From an uncultured Candidatus Peribacteria bacterium (GTDB taxonomy: Bacteria; Patescibacteriota; Gracilibacteria; BD1-5; JAGOOR01), in NCBI GenBank assembly GCA_964413195.1, contig CAYPRD010000001.1, positions 27,039 to 91,038 of the forward strand: a DNA stretch of 64,000 bases, written 5' to 3'. The notes below the pieces were generated by a model, which was not told the DNA's origin, did no database searches, and was given only the letters and a program-made list of their open reading frames with translations. A program made the position numbers and the translations under genes. This document shows, one piece after another, positions 11,060 to 22,913 of this stretch (its first letter is position 1; each line of letters starts with the position of its first letter).

Positions 11060-12010
11060 ATGCCTTCAGAAAAAATCACACATACATTTTTTACCACCGT
11101 TTTTGCTGATCTCAGAAATATCAGAGGAAAAGTTATACTCTGATGTTCTGGCTGACCAGATTCTATGGCCTTACTCGATATCGCACGACAGGCATGTTGA
11201 TGAGAAAATATCATTGTAGCGCATATCCACCATGGGCTACGAAAAACGGCGGACAAAGACCAGGATATTGTGAAGTGTTACTGTGAAAAACACAATATAT
11301 CGTTCGTGACAAAAAATGTAGATATAAAAAAGGAGGCAAAAAAAACAAAAAAAACTCTTGAAGAGTGCGCACGGGATGTAAGAAAAGAATTTTTCCTTGA
11401 ACTCAGAAAAAAACATCAAGCTCGGTATATTCTGACTGCCCACCATGCTAATGATCAAGAAGAGACGATTTTATATAGAATTATCAAGGGATCTGGACTG
11501 CATTGATTGCGGGGTATAGAAAAAATAACAGAAGAATATTTCCGACCATTTTTACCATTCAAAAAAAAAGAAATTCTTGTATACGTTCAACAAGAAAAAA
11601 TCCCATTCTGACTTGATGAAACAAATGACGATGTAGAAATACCACGGAATCGTATACGAAAAAAGATTCTTCCCGAAATAGAAAAAATCAATCCCCAGTA
11701 TGGGAAATCATTCCTAAAAATAGCTGAGCAGTCAACCGAATTAAAAAATAGTTTCCTGGTTTTTTTTAGCGATGTCCTACAGAAAGGTCACTTTGATCTC
11801 AATTGGTACTATCAACTCCCTCTCTGATTTCAAAAGGAGCTTCTCCACACAATATATACCACCATACACGGATCTTCTCATGGCATATCCCACAGTCTCA
11901 TCATAGAATTGATACGATTTTTATCGACTAGAAGAGGAGGGGTGAAAGAAATCAAAAATATGCGACTTGAGAAGAAACAGGGAAAGGTTTTTATCTCACA
12001 TGTGCACTAA
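11060..12010 (+). CDS. tilS: tRNA(Ile)-lysidine synthase
   Basis: PP-loop IL-G-CSG-G-PDSMALLD with TGA at 11141-11143 and 11153-11155. ORF 11270-11506 carries the LTAHHANDQEETILYRIIKGSG motif. TAA at 12008-12010. Confidence 0.85.
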
Positions 12011-13127
12011 TTCTTTCCTTTAAAATATCTACTCACTCACCAGTTTTTGCTGAAACAAAAAGAGGGTCAAGATGTTCATATTTTTCTTGGAGGAATATTC
12101 TTCTTTCTTTATCACAACGATCAATCTGGTTAAAGATATACCATCGTGGCTGGGTCGCACCAATACGTTCCAAGATAGCATCCGTAACATCTATGCGATC
12201 CTGGATATGACTATCACTCGCATCAATAGTGTGAAGGAGGATATCGCACGACAAAGACTCTTCGAGGGTGCTGGAAAATGCATCAACTAGTTCTGGAGGG
12301 AGATCTCGAATAAATCCGATTGTATCATAAATAAGAACTTCTGGTGCATGACGGAAATTACCAGATTCATCCGCATATAAATGTGATGGAAATCTTAATT
12401 TTCATACCGATGTCCCCAGAGTTGCAAAAAGTTCGTCTTGCTCATAAACTCATTTATCCGTTAAGATATTCATAAGGGTAGATTTCCCCGCATTGGTGTA
12501 TCATACGATGCCAAAAGTCCACATATTATTTCGTTTTCGGGAAGATCGATTTTGAGTACGTACTTTTCTGTAGTGATCAATCTTTCAGCGTATTTTCCTC
12601 TCCATTTCACGTAAATGTCGTCTCATAATCTCAGTATTTGTTTCCCCGATACCCTTATTGGAAGTTCCCCCACCACCACCCTGTCTATCCATTTCCATGC
12701 CCATGCCAAATATACGGGGACCCATGTGTTTTATGGACGCAAGTTGGATCTGCAATTTTGATTCGGGAGTTTTTGCGTGAAGCTGAAAAATTTTGAGTAT
12801 TAAATCCACTCGATCCCACACCTGTAATCGCATCTTTCTTTTTTCTACTTCCTGAATAATGGTAAAAATTTGTCTTGCTTTGAGTATGTTGCCAATGATA
12901 AGAGTATCTGCTCAAAACTGAGAAGCATAGTCCAGAACCTCATCCAATTTTCAACGTCAAACATATGTTTCATAATCCGGTTCGTCCCGTTTCTGAAATG
13001 TCTCCAAGATCACGATACCCTTGTAGGTAGCTACCAGTTTTTGTAATTCTACCAAACGGTCATCAAGACTGTATTCAGCCAGGAGTGTCGGGTTTTTTGG
13101 TGCTATATCAAGAAGGATGGCTCGCAT
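11991..13127 (-). CDS. hflX: GTPase HflX
   Basis: ORFs 12033-12254 and 12585-12833 are in the same frame. G1 motif FGIV-G-YTNAGKSTLMN. HflX N-domain HLREMERKI. ATG 13127, TAA 11991-11993. The 3' end overlaps tilS by 20 nt (convergent). Confidence 0.85.
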
Positions 13128-13208
13128 GATTTTTGATACATAGTATAGACAAAATCATATTCTCCAAGACTTGCATTGGAGAAAAAAAAAGTGTATGATG
13201 ACATATGT

Positions 13209-13352
13209 ATGAACACAACAAGCTCAAAAAAGACCTCAAATTTTCTTTTTACCACATGTAAAAAATGTGGCTACATCATAGACCCCGAACAAGAACTCTG
13301 TGTCGAATGTCAGAAAGAACGTCTCAGTAATCCCTCTCTATGGGCGAAATAA
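13209..13352 (+). CDS. small zinc-ribbon protein (47 aa)
   Basis: MNTTSSKKTSNFLFTTCKKCGYIIDPEQELCVECQKERLSNPSLWAK, with a CxxC...CxxC pair. First of three tightly spaced small genes. No homology recognised. Confidence 0.4.
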   Translation: MNTTSSKKTSNFLFTTCKKCGYIIDPEQELCVECQKERLSNPSLWAK

Positions 13353-13357
13353 TTGAC

Positions 13358-13672
13358 ATGCACACTGGACAGACTTTTGAATGAGAAGAAGACTTAGAGG
13401 AAAGAAGGTCAAAGGAAATTCTCCGGAAAAAACTTTATTTGCCACGAACAAGAAGATTTACTATGAAGATAGAGGATACAATATCTTGGATCTTAGGACA
13501 TGAGGAAAAAAATTTTTGACCAACACAACCGAGAGAACACTCGAAGATTGTGAGAAGTCTGCGGATTCATGTGTACAGAAGAAAACGAAAGGTAAAACGA
13601 AAAAAGATACAAAAAGATATAGAAGTAGAAGAAGGACTACGAGATACGTTGAGCAGATGGCTCGGCTGGTAA
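13358..13672 (+). CDS. hypothetical highly charged protein (104 aa, table 25)
   Basis: ATG lies 6 nt after the previous stop and the frame is open through 2 TGA to TAA 13670-13672. Arg/Lys/Glu-rich (RIHVYRRKRKVKRKKIQKDIEVEE). Supported only by open frame and spacing. Confidence 0.35.
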
Positions 13673-13682
13673 TCACAATTTT

Positions 13683-14159
13683 ATGCACAAAAAAATACTC
13701 CCTTCTCTTATTCTCGGACTCTTATGTGCTATTGGTACACATGTAGTACTTTTCACAGACCAATGACATAGGCTACAGAGTGCCATAGTAGAAAGTGATA
13801 CAACTCGACCTGCTGAAGCAGAGCTCGTATACGAAAAAGGTCTGATTTTAGTGCGATGAAATATCAAAGCTACCCAAGTAATACACTTAACTGGAGAAAT
13901 ACACTACGATCCCGAAAGCATAACTCTTTGAGAAGTTCAGTCATGACGTGGAAAAGTAACTACTCAAAAGACGGTCTCTGGAATACGTTTTGAGCTCACC
14001 TTTGACCAACCAGAAACAATTACGCTCGGACATAATCTTTTATCATTCCCCGTGACTCTACAAACAGGAGAGGAACATGCAGTTAATCTCAGTAACGTGC
14101 TCCTCTCAATGAATGACGGTACCACACATCTCTCAACCGCTGGAACAGGAGAATTTTAA
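13683..14159 (+). CDS. secreted protein or lipoprotein, hypothetical (158 aa)
   Basis: Signal peptide MHKKILPSLILGLLCAIG. Frame open through 4 TGA to TAA 14157-14159, with beta-rich composition. The antisense ORF 13673-13867 is judged spurious. Confidence 0.5.
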
Positions 14160-14803
14160 TGCGTCATATCCAAAAGCAAATCAGGCTGAAGGAGCTTTGA
14201 TGGGCATTCATGTGTAGTTATTTTTGGATTGAAAAAATTTTCCAATGCATTTTTCTTACCCTCACCAACAACACAGAGGCATGAATATGCGATATCTCAG
14301 AGAGAAGATGGGGAAAGAGTAATTCTTTGGGGAGGATTTTTTGGCGCATGATCAATAGCAACAAAACCCTTCTCTTTTGAATCTAGAACTGGATGGTGTG
14401 GAAAAAGCGATGCGGTATGTCCGTCAGGCCCCATTCAAAAGAAACCAATATCAAGAGTAGGAATTTTTCAAGAATACCTCTTACCATCATCATCTTTCTC
14501 AGGGAAAATAGCTATCATTTTCACCCCCAGACGTTTCTCAAGTGGCAGAAGAAAAAGTTCTTGTATCCGTCGATCATTTCTTTCTTCTGGAGAACAATGT
14601 ATGCGTTCATCAGTCACACACCAACGAAGTCGATCCTGAGCAATTGCCGACCACTCATTCGACAAAACAAGGGATGCATACCATACATCAAATGACGTAC
14701 CCCCTCAGAGACCTACGAAGACATGCTCCTGATTCTTTAGTAAGGTATGAAGAGAAGAAAAGAACCACGAAGTTACGTCATCAAAAGAAATCACAATTTT
14801 CAT
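14156..14803 (-). CDS. pgl: 6-phosphogluconolactonase
   Basis: ORF 14468-14665 is extended. Signature FF-G-MGPDGHTASLFP and N-terminal VGL-G-GGTSF, with the marked G residues encoded by TGA. ATG 14803, TAA 14156-14158 (4-nt overlap with the previous gene). Confidence 0.8.
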
Positions 14804-14852
14804 AATTCTATTGTCTTGCCTTCAGGATAAAAATCAAGATACTCACTCCTAT

Positions 14853-15302
14853 ATGCAATCCTCCGAAAAAACACCAGAAGCCTACATTCATTCCCTTCCG
14901 GAAAAAAGACAGAAAATACTGCAAGAACTGAGGCAAGTTTTACAAAAAAACTTACCGGATTGATTCGAGGAGACAATGCAATATGGGATGATAAGTTACG
15001 TAGTTCCTCACACGCTCTATCCAGCCGGATATCACTGTAATCCTTCGGATGCTCTCCCTTTTATCAGCATTGCATCTCAGAAAAACTATATCTCACTGTA
15101 TCACATGGGGCTTTACGCTGATGAAGAAATTCTCAAGTGGTTTCAAGAAGAATACACAAAAACCTGAAAAAAACTTAACATGGGAAAAAGTTGTATACGA
15201 TGGAAAGAAAATGATCCTCTACCTTATGATATCCTAGGCCAGCTCGCCACAAAAATCTCGCCGAGAAAATGGATACAAACTTATGAGAGCAAGATACGAT
15301 AG
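14853..15302 (+). CDS. DUF1801 (YdhG-like) domain protein
   Basis: ORF 14976-15167 is extended upstream to ATG 14853 and through TGA to TAG 15300-15302. The pattern PEAYIHSLPEKRQKILQELRQVLQKNLPD-G-FEETMQYGMISYVVP is typical of the family. Confidence 0.6.
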
Positions 15303-15305
15303 TAT

Positions 15306-15728
15306 ATGAAAGTATATCTCTACACTTGTCCTTGTTGTTTTCCTCTATTTTTCGCACAGCACAGTTGGTTCGAGGTAGAATATGAAAATAGAGTACAAAG
15401 ATACGAAATTCTCTTTTTCAAAAATAAGGAAAAGAATAACATACATAGCAACTATTATCCTTCCAAGAGTGGCATTGAGATTTTTCCTCTCATACACTCA
15501 CTCAGATCGAGAGGAAATCTTCAGTGTGAATTTTTTTGAGAAGAAGCAGAAAAAATAGCCAAAATGCTCACTACATCTGTAAAATCTTATCCCTACCGAA
15601 ACACATACAAACTCTTGTGACCAAATAGTAACACATATACTTCTTGGATTCTTCAGAAATGTTTTCTGAAAAAAGAACTTCCTAAAAATGCATTTGGAAA
15701 GGATTTTATATTTCCTTCTGACCAATAG
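15306..15728 (+). CDS. hypothetical protein, tentatively DUF3750-like
   Basis: ORF 15306-15539 continues through 2 TGA to TAG 15726-15728. YPYRNTYKLL-G-PNSNTYTSWIL recalls, from memory, the GPNSNT motif of DUF3750. Overlaps the zwf 3' end by 23 nt. Confidence 0.35.
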
Positions 15729-16869
15729 AATACTGACGTAATAATGGACAATTATCAGTACAATGAAGCAGGTCGTTGACGATTTGCCACGCCGAACGGA
15801 TACTATCCCAACGAACAAAATATGTCGCATCACGACTGAGGGCTTTGCCAATAAGCATCTCGTAAGCATTATTTTTATTCTCCAGTGACTCTTCAAATTT
15901 CTTCTCCGAGCCATCACGAAATACAAATCGAACAGAGCTTTCTTTTCTATCAAGCGCCTTCCCAGTCTCCAGGACGACAAATGTATCCATCCACAATGGA
16001 GAATCAATCGTAAGATGAGCCCGTACATACGTTTCTGTTCGTGATCCAGATTTCACTCATGAAGACTCACGATATCCAATATATTGACCAAAGACTATAT
16101 CGTGCCGCGGATCAATGAGAAGCGGTGCAATAGAGCTCATAGACTGAAAGACTCGGTCTCGGATTTCCTTTGGGTCCTGTCCATGTGGCATCTCCATCGT
16201 TGCAAGAGCAAGTACTTGTAAAAGATGGTTCTGGAGAAAATCACGGGTTGCTCCACTTTGGTCATAATACTCTCCCCTATCCTCGACAGTGATTGTTTCA
16301 CGGGCAGTGACGTAGAGCTCAGCAATTCGACCGCCATACCAGTTATCTCATTGAGAAAGACGATACTCAATCATATCGCGGACAAAGTTTTTCCCTAAGT
16401 AATGATCAACACGGTAGATTTGGTCCTCATGAAAAAGACGCTGTAAAGCAAGATTTAATGTAATAGCCGACACGAGATCGTGTCAAAATGGCTTCTCGAT
16501 CATGATGCGTGCATCAGACGTATTCAGACCAACTGAGGCTAATCCAGTTGCGACAGGAACAAAAAATTCAGGACTCAAACAAAGATGGTATGTCACCTCT
16601 ACATCACGACCAAAAGATGCTATATGAGATTTGAGCGTACTATAATTATCTCGGGTTATATCAATCTGAAGATAACTCGCAGAATTTTTTTGATTCGAAA
16701 AATACGGATATGGGGATAAAAAATTATAAAAATCTTCATCCTTCCAATCGCGCCGACCCACACAAACAAGGTGATCATATGCCCCTCGAGCCAAAAGAGC
16801 CTCAAGGGCAGGAAGCACGTATCTACGAGCCAGATCACCTGTAGAACCAAAAAGAACAAATATCTTCAT
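15706..16869 (-). CDS. zwf: glucose-6-phosphate dehydrogenase (short, 387 aa)
   Basis: ORFs 16483-16869 and 15706-16056 plus the same-frame middle. Motifs FGSTGDLARRYVLPAL, IEKPF-G-HDL, RVDHYLGKN and GATRDFLQNHLLQVLALATMEMP. TAA at 15706-15708. Confidence 0.85.
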
Positions 16870-16929
16870 ATGCGTATTATATCATTTTTGTAAAAAGCGA
16901 GAAATGAATACACTCTCTGCATATTTTCC

Positions 16930-17508
16930 ATGTCTTTCTATCTGCCTTTCTGAATCATTGGCGTTCTATTTGGACTTACAGCGTATACTTTTTACTTTCG
17001 CGCTATTTTTCGATGAGAAACCCGTCCACATTTGTACACATGGCTCATATGGTGAACACTTGGAACAACTGCTAGTATCGTATCTTTTCGAAATAATGGA
17101 TGATGGTGAATGCTGGTGCCTACTATGATGGGTATTCTCAATACTACCATCGCTATAGTGGCAATATTTTACTGAGAAAAAAGACTCAATCAAAAAGACA
17201 AGATTCTGCTTGGCATGTGCGGTCTCATGTTTCTTTTCTGGTTCATCACAAAAGATGACCTCATAACTATTCTCATCGCTTGTATCATAGAATCCATTGG
17301 ATTTTATTTTACGTGGAAAAAATCATATTCAGCACCCCTCTCCGAAGATCTCAAATCATACATTATTTGGACTTTTGAATTTTTATTCGCTATTTTAGCT
17401 ATCGAAAACATAAATGTGACTAATGGACTCTATCCAAGTTATCTTTTTATAAGTGAATTGGCTTTTGTAGTCTATCTCATCTGGAGGAGAAATATTGTAA
17501 AAAAATAA
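16930..17508 (+). CDS. polytopic membrane protein, hypothetical (192 aa)
   Basis: ORF 17215-17508 extends upstream through 6 in-frame TGA to ATG 16930. MSFYLPF-G-IIGVLFGLTAYTFYFRAIFR-G-ETRPHLYTWLIW-G-TLGTT. About 5 hydrophobic helices. Confidence 0.5.
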
Positions 17509-17509
17509 T

Positions 17510-18451
17510 ATGTCCTGGATTAACAACTTCATACAAAAACAACAACCCATCGTTGCTCTCGCTCCTATGGACTGATATTGTGATAGTGCATTTCGTTCGA
17601 TTTGTAAAACTGTGGCACCAGATATTGTTGTTTTTTCAGAATTTTATAGTGCCGATGGGCTGCATCATAACCCTGAACTTGCTAAAAAAGTTCTGACCCA
17701 TAACTCCATAGAACATCCTCTCGTTTTTCAAATATTTGGAAATACGCCAGAGATATTTCTTTCTGCTGGAAAAATCATTGCTTCATATGGAGCACAGGGT
17801 ATAGATATCAATATGGGGTGTCCGGCAAAAAAAGTCGTAAAATGTTGATACGGTTCAGGACTCATGATTGACAGAGAACGTGCCATGAAGATCGTCAATA
17901 TTTTAGCAGAAAATCTCTCCATACCAATATCCGTGAAGACGCGTCTCTGATGGAACGATGCGCAGGACTTGGTAGAATTTTGAAAGTCTCTCGTCCAAGC
18001 AGGAGCTCAGCTCATCACTGTTCATGGCAGAACATACCAACAAGAATACCGGGGAGAGGCTAACTGGGATCCTATCTATGAACTACAGAAACAGGTCAAA
18101 ATTCCCGTCTTGTGAAATGGAGATTGCCAATCATACGAAGATGGCATGAATAGGAGAAAAAAATTAGGAGGCTTTATGATCGGTCGTGGGGCACTTGGAA
18201 ATCCATGGTGTTTTTTACCAGATAATTATTCACCATCATGGAATGAAAGAATACATACGATGAGTCAACACATGAATATGATGAAGGATTCAAAATGAGA
18301 ACATCGGGCATGTTTGGAGATTCGAAAACATTTCACTCATTATCTTCATAGCTTTGAGGGGGTGAAAGAATACCGTAGTCGACTCGCTCACGTGCAGAGT
18401 GTCGAAGAAGCACAAAAAATTCTCTACGAATTATCCCAAATGAGCATATAA
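17510..18451 (+). CDS. dus: tRNA-dihydrouridine synthase
   Basis: ALAPMD-G-YCDSAFR, IDINMGCPAKKV, and VL-G-NGDC with those G residues encoded by TGA. ORF 17612-17848 is the central fragment. TAA at 18449-18451. Confidence 0.85.
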
Positions 18452-18459
18452 TATTTTTC

Positions 18460-18975
18460 ATGAATTCAGCTCATATACACATGATCATCGTGCATCTCCC
18501 TATTGTTGGGGCGACTCTGTCCATCATACCCATGATGTGGGGATGGGTAAGAAATAATCATGAAATTCAGAAAATTGGACTTTCTCTGTTAGGCATAAGT
18601 CTTCTAGGTATGCCTATAGCAATATTTTCGGGTGAAGCAACTTTTGAGAAATTTATCACTGGAACCATCTCACCTGACATAGATACTGGAGGTGCTCACT
18701 ATGCTTTTCTGCATTATCAAGCAGCGGAATTTGTATCAAAAATAGGATATTTTGCGCTGATACTTGTCTGTTGGCAAATTTTTCTCGGAAGAAAAATAAG
18801 ACACTACAAAAAGCATCTTTTCCTCACCACATTAATTCTCAATGCTGTTCTCATTATATGATTTGGATATGTTTGATATCTTGGAGGAAAAATTCGTCAT
18901 CCTGAAGTACGAACAGAGACATACCAGCCTATAACCTCTGGAACCATTGCAGAATCGGAAAAAACTCTACAATAG
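18460..18975 (+). CDS. membrane protein, tentatively DUF2231-like
   Basis: ORF 18460-18861 extends through 2 TGA to TAG 18973-18975. HMIIVHLPIVGATLSIIP resembles the HFPIAL motif of DUF2231. 4 TM segments. Confidence 0.5.
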
Positions 18976-18983
18976 AGCCCTAT

Positions 18984-20285
18984 ATGAACCCCGACCCCTG
19001 ACAGGCCTTTATTATAACTCTCTTCCTTATAGGTTTTAATGCCTTTTTCGTTGCTACAGAATTTGCTCTGGTAAAAGTCCGACAATCTCAGCTTACCCTC
19101 AAGGCAAAAGACGGAAATGCGACGGCACGTCTCGCAAAGCATATCGTCGAAAATCTAGAAAAATACCTCTCCGCAACGCAGTTAGCCATCACATGAGCTG
19201 GACTCGCTCTGGGATGGGTGGGGCAAGATATTTTAGCACAAACAATAACAGAGGTGATGCAATTATTGGGTTTCGCACCAGAGACAGGGATTATTAATAC
19301 ACTAGCATTCCCTTTAGCCTTTGCACTTCTGACGTTCATACAAATTCTCATCGGCGAATTATTACCCAAGTGTATCGCGATTCAAAACCCCCTCAAATAC
19401 ACACTCATGGTAGCATGGCCACTCAAAATATTTTATCTCATTTTTTCTCCTTTTATCTGGCTCCTTCAGAAAAGCTCAAAAATGCTTATGAAAATGATCG
19501 GCATGAATGAGGAACAGCAACACACTATTCATACAGAGGAAGAAATAAAATTACTTCTAACCGAGTCAGAAGAATGAGGCGCCATAGCGGAATCTAGCAA
19601 CGAGCTTATCCAAAATGTGTTTGAGTTTGATGACCAAACCGTTCGACAGATCTATATTCCCAGAAGCCGTATTTATGCGATAAATATCGATGATGACTTT
19701 GAAAAACAGTTTGATACTATTGTTCGTGAATGATATTCCCGGATACCTGTCTATAGAAACACTCTCGACGATATTGTCGGAATCGTATACCTCAAAGATT
19801 TTCTTCCTGCATTGAAAAATACTGGTACGGTTGATTTCCGTCGACTTATCCGCCCAGCACACTTCGTTCCACAGAGCCAAAAAATCGAGCAATTGCTCAA
19901 GGACTTTCAAAAACTTCACATACAGATTGCTATTGTCATCAATGAACATGGGGAAACTGCAGGAATTGTTACCCTCGAAGATATCATGGAGGAGCTCGTT
20001 GGAGAAATACATGATGAACATGATATAGAGGAACAAATCGTTATAGAAAAACGTGCCGGAACATATATAGTCAAAGCAGAAGCCACGATTTCGGATGTGA
20101 ATGATCGTCTCCCCTTCCCGCTTCCCGAGAGTACACAATATGATACAGTCTCTGGTCTTATAAATACTCTTTTTTGAAGAATCCCCAATGCTGGAGAGAT
20201 CATAGATTATGGTGAGTATGAACTCACGATTATGCGCCGAGGGAAGCAGGCTGTGGAGCTCATAAAAATGCAAATACAGAAATAA
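18984..20285 (+). CDS. CNNM/TlyC-family protein (DUF21 + CBS pair + CorC_HlyC)
   Basis: ORFs 19218-19577 and 19812-20177 are in the same frame and joined by TGA. ATEFALVKVRQSQL (DUF21), a CBS pair, and VINEHGETAGIVTLEDIMEELVGEI. TAA at 20283-20285. Confidence 0.85.
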
Positions 20286-20355
20286 GATAAATTATTTGAT
20301 TTTTTTAAAAGAATATGCTTTCATGTATATGGAATCCTATTTTTAATGCTGTTTT

Positions 20356-21501
20356 ATGTCTGAAAATGAAAAACCCAAAGTGATTAGTATGGAAGAAAGA
20401 GCAAAAGAAGAATTGAGAAAGAAAGCCAGGGACGATCTAAGGGCAGAAAATCAATGAAAAAAAATCGATATTCAAACCCTTGATGCTGATAGAAAGAGGG
20501 CTCTTTCTGAGAAATGGATGCAAAAGGCTGGTTTGACTCAAGAAGGAGGGATGAAGGAAATATTACAAAAGCTCTGAGATCCAAAAGACAATGAATCATT
20601 TGTAGCAGCTGTAACAGCTATACAAAAAAAATATAAACTCACTCCAGATGGTGTTCTCGGATGGAAAACTTTAGAAAAAATGGAACAAGAATTTGAAGCT
20701 ACAAAAACAGAACATTATGAAGTAGATACAAATGAAACATTTCTCGAAAGATCAGAATATAGGGCACAAAGAGAGAAAAAAGAAAAAGAAGAGAAAAAAG
20801 AAAAAATGCTTACAGATGCGAACAGTCCAGAATATAGAGATAATCTCAATTCAGCATTAAACGGAACAAGTAATGATTTACCAGAGGGTGTATCCGTAAG
20901 TGATGGAATGGTGATAATGAAAACTGATCAAATATCAGCCACTTGGAATAAAGATAGATGAGTATTTGAATGAACAATCACATATGATAATTGAACATAT
21001 ACAGGTGAAATAGTTGATGGAACTGAGAATGGAACATGAGAATACATTGATAAAGAAGATGGAAAGATATATAGAGGAACCTTCAAAGAAGGCGATATTG
21101 TAAGATGAAAAATGGAAGATACTTCGCGTAACTGGGTATGGGAAGGTGATTTTGTTTCCTGAGAGCCCTTTGGCGAATGAACCTGGAACTTAAGGTGAGA
21201 TAATAGAATTATTACATGATTTTATAATGGAGTGAGCTATGAGGGATTTAAGACAATAAGGGATAACTGAAGAATAACTGAAGAAGAAACACTTGGAAGT
21301 GAGGGTGAGGTTTTCGCGCTTCTTAAAAAATATCCAAAAACACCTAAGATTGAATATAATGGCTACTATTATACACCCGAACAAAGTAATACCGGACCAG
21401 TAATAGTAAAAACAAAAAAGGATTGAGGCTGAATTGAAAGATATGAGTATGCTAACAACGCTTGGAAAAAAGTAGGTAATGATTCTGGGACAAGCGTCTA
21501 A
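20356..21501 (+). CDS. peptidoglycan-binding domain plus MORN-repeat protein
   Basis: ORF 20680-20961 is extended through many TGA. PG_binding_1-like ILQKL-G-DPKDNESFVAAVTAIQKKYKLTPDGVLGWKTLEKM. MORN-like repeats YTGEIVDGTENGT-G-EYIDKEDGKIYRGTFKEGDIVR-G-KM. TAA at 21499-21501. Confidence 0.65.
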
Positions 21502-21504
21502 AAT

Positions 21505-22857
21505 CTAGCTCACAAACCTATCAATCACGGCTCGATACTCGAGTCGTGATTTTATATCATTAAAATGATCAGTTCCTGGTTTTGCCATCTCCATAAGGCG
21601 CTTCTCGAAGTCTGGATCTCCAGCATATCGAGCAAAGACCTGCTTCATTTCTTTTATAACATCCTCTTCAGTAACAGTAGGGGCATAGTGTTTTTTGAGA
21701 GCTTCCAGTATAAGCATCGACTGTATCCGTCGAGTTGCGGCTGGCTCAATGTGTTCTTTTTTAAAATTTTCTTCTGTCGTCTTGAGATGTTCTAGATAAC
21801 TTTTTTGGTCCATTCCCTGTCGTTCGATCTCGCGGTTGTGATGGGTCCAGAGATTTTCTACCTCTCGCGCAAGCATCTTTGGTCCGACCTCAATCGCATG
21901 AAGTTGGATCAGTTCTGTTGAGAGTTTTTCTTCTGCATCAGATCGAGCTTTATCTTTTCTATCAGCGAGCATGGCCTCACGGTACTCGACCCGAAAATCA
22001 GATACGGAAAGTTTCTTCCCCCAGAGACGCTCAATAAACTCTTCATTCCAATCAGTCTTATGGGGATATTCTACAGAAAGTACAGTAACAGAGAAAAATG
22101 CATTTTTTCCAGCAAAATCAGCACTATGGTAATCTTTTGGGAAAGTAACCTCAAACTCGACAATATCCCCTTCTTTTGCTCCAATAAGGGCTTCTTCAAA
22201 ACCCGGAATCATGGACCGAGAGCCGATTACAAGTTCAAAATCACGAAGTCCCATGCGTTCATCCGGAGTGCCTCATTTTTTATCATATCCCAGAGCATTT
22301 ACTCGAACTCGGTCTCCTTCATGAACACCCATGTCTGCGACCGTCTCAACTTCTCCATTCTCATCATGATGATGACCATGCTCATGACCACGGGGATGAT
22401 AATGTGTGTAGCGGTCAGAGATTGCCTGCATTTCTTTCTCAAGCTCCTCATCAGTAACATCAACTTTTGCTTGTGAAATACGAATTTTTTCTATCTTTTT
22501 TAGGGCCAGTTCCACATCAGGAATAACTTCTGCTTCGAGGACGACATCAAGAGGAGAAGAGGAATTAATCTTCTTGATCTCTCCGATATCAACTGGATGA
22601 ATCCCGAGTTTTTTGAGTGCCTTTGGATACAATACCTGTAGAGCTGACTCAAGTGCTTCTCCCATCAGTACAGATTCCCCTATTTCACGGGCAACAACTT
22701 CAACTGGAACATCATCTCCTTTTCGAAATCATGAAAACTGTCGAGATTCAGCGATTTTTTTTGCTGCTACTTTTTTATAATGCTCCATCTCAGCAGCACT
22801 CTCCTGAATGGTGATTTCATACGTGTATGCATTTGTCTTTTTCCCCGTAGATTTCAT
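21505..22857 (-). CDS. tig: trigger factor
   Basis: ORFs 21505-22254 and 22273-22665 plus the N-terminus to ATG 22857. FS-G-FRKG ribosome-binding motif and FKBP core IPGFEEALIGAKEGD. Has a His-rich insert (see findings). Confidence 0.85.
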
Positions 22858-22913
22858 AAAAGAAAATAAAATATAATGGGGGGATTATAGCGAAAATCAT
22901 AAATGGGCAAAGT

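Noticed and set aside
15498-16028. 176-aa minus-strand ORF overlapping zwf in another frame
   Set aside because: The zwf frame carries all the conserved G6PD motifs. The alternative frame gives an Arg/Leu/Ile-rich nonsense-like sequence.
19566-20273. 235-aa minus-strand ORF, the longest uninterrupted ORF in that region
   Set aside because: It lies antisense to the well-supported DUF21/CBS/CorC gene (18984-20285), has no recognisable motifs, and has low-complexity composition typical of shadow ORFs in AT-rich DNA.
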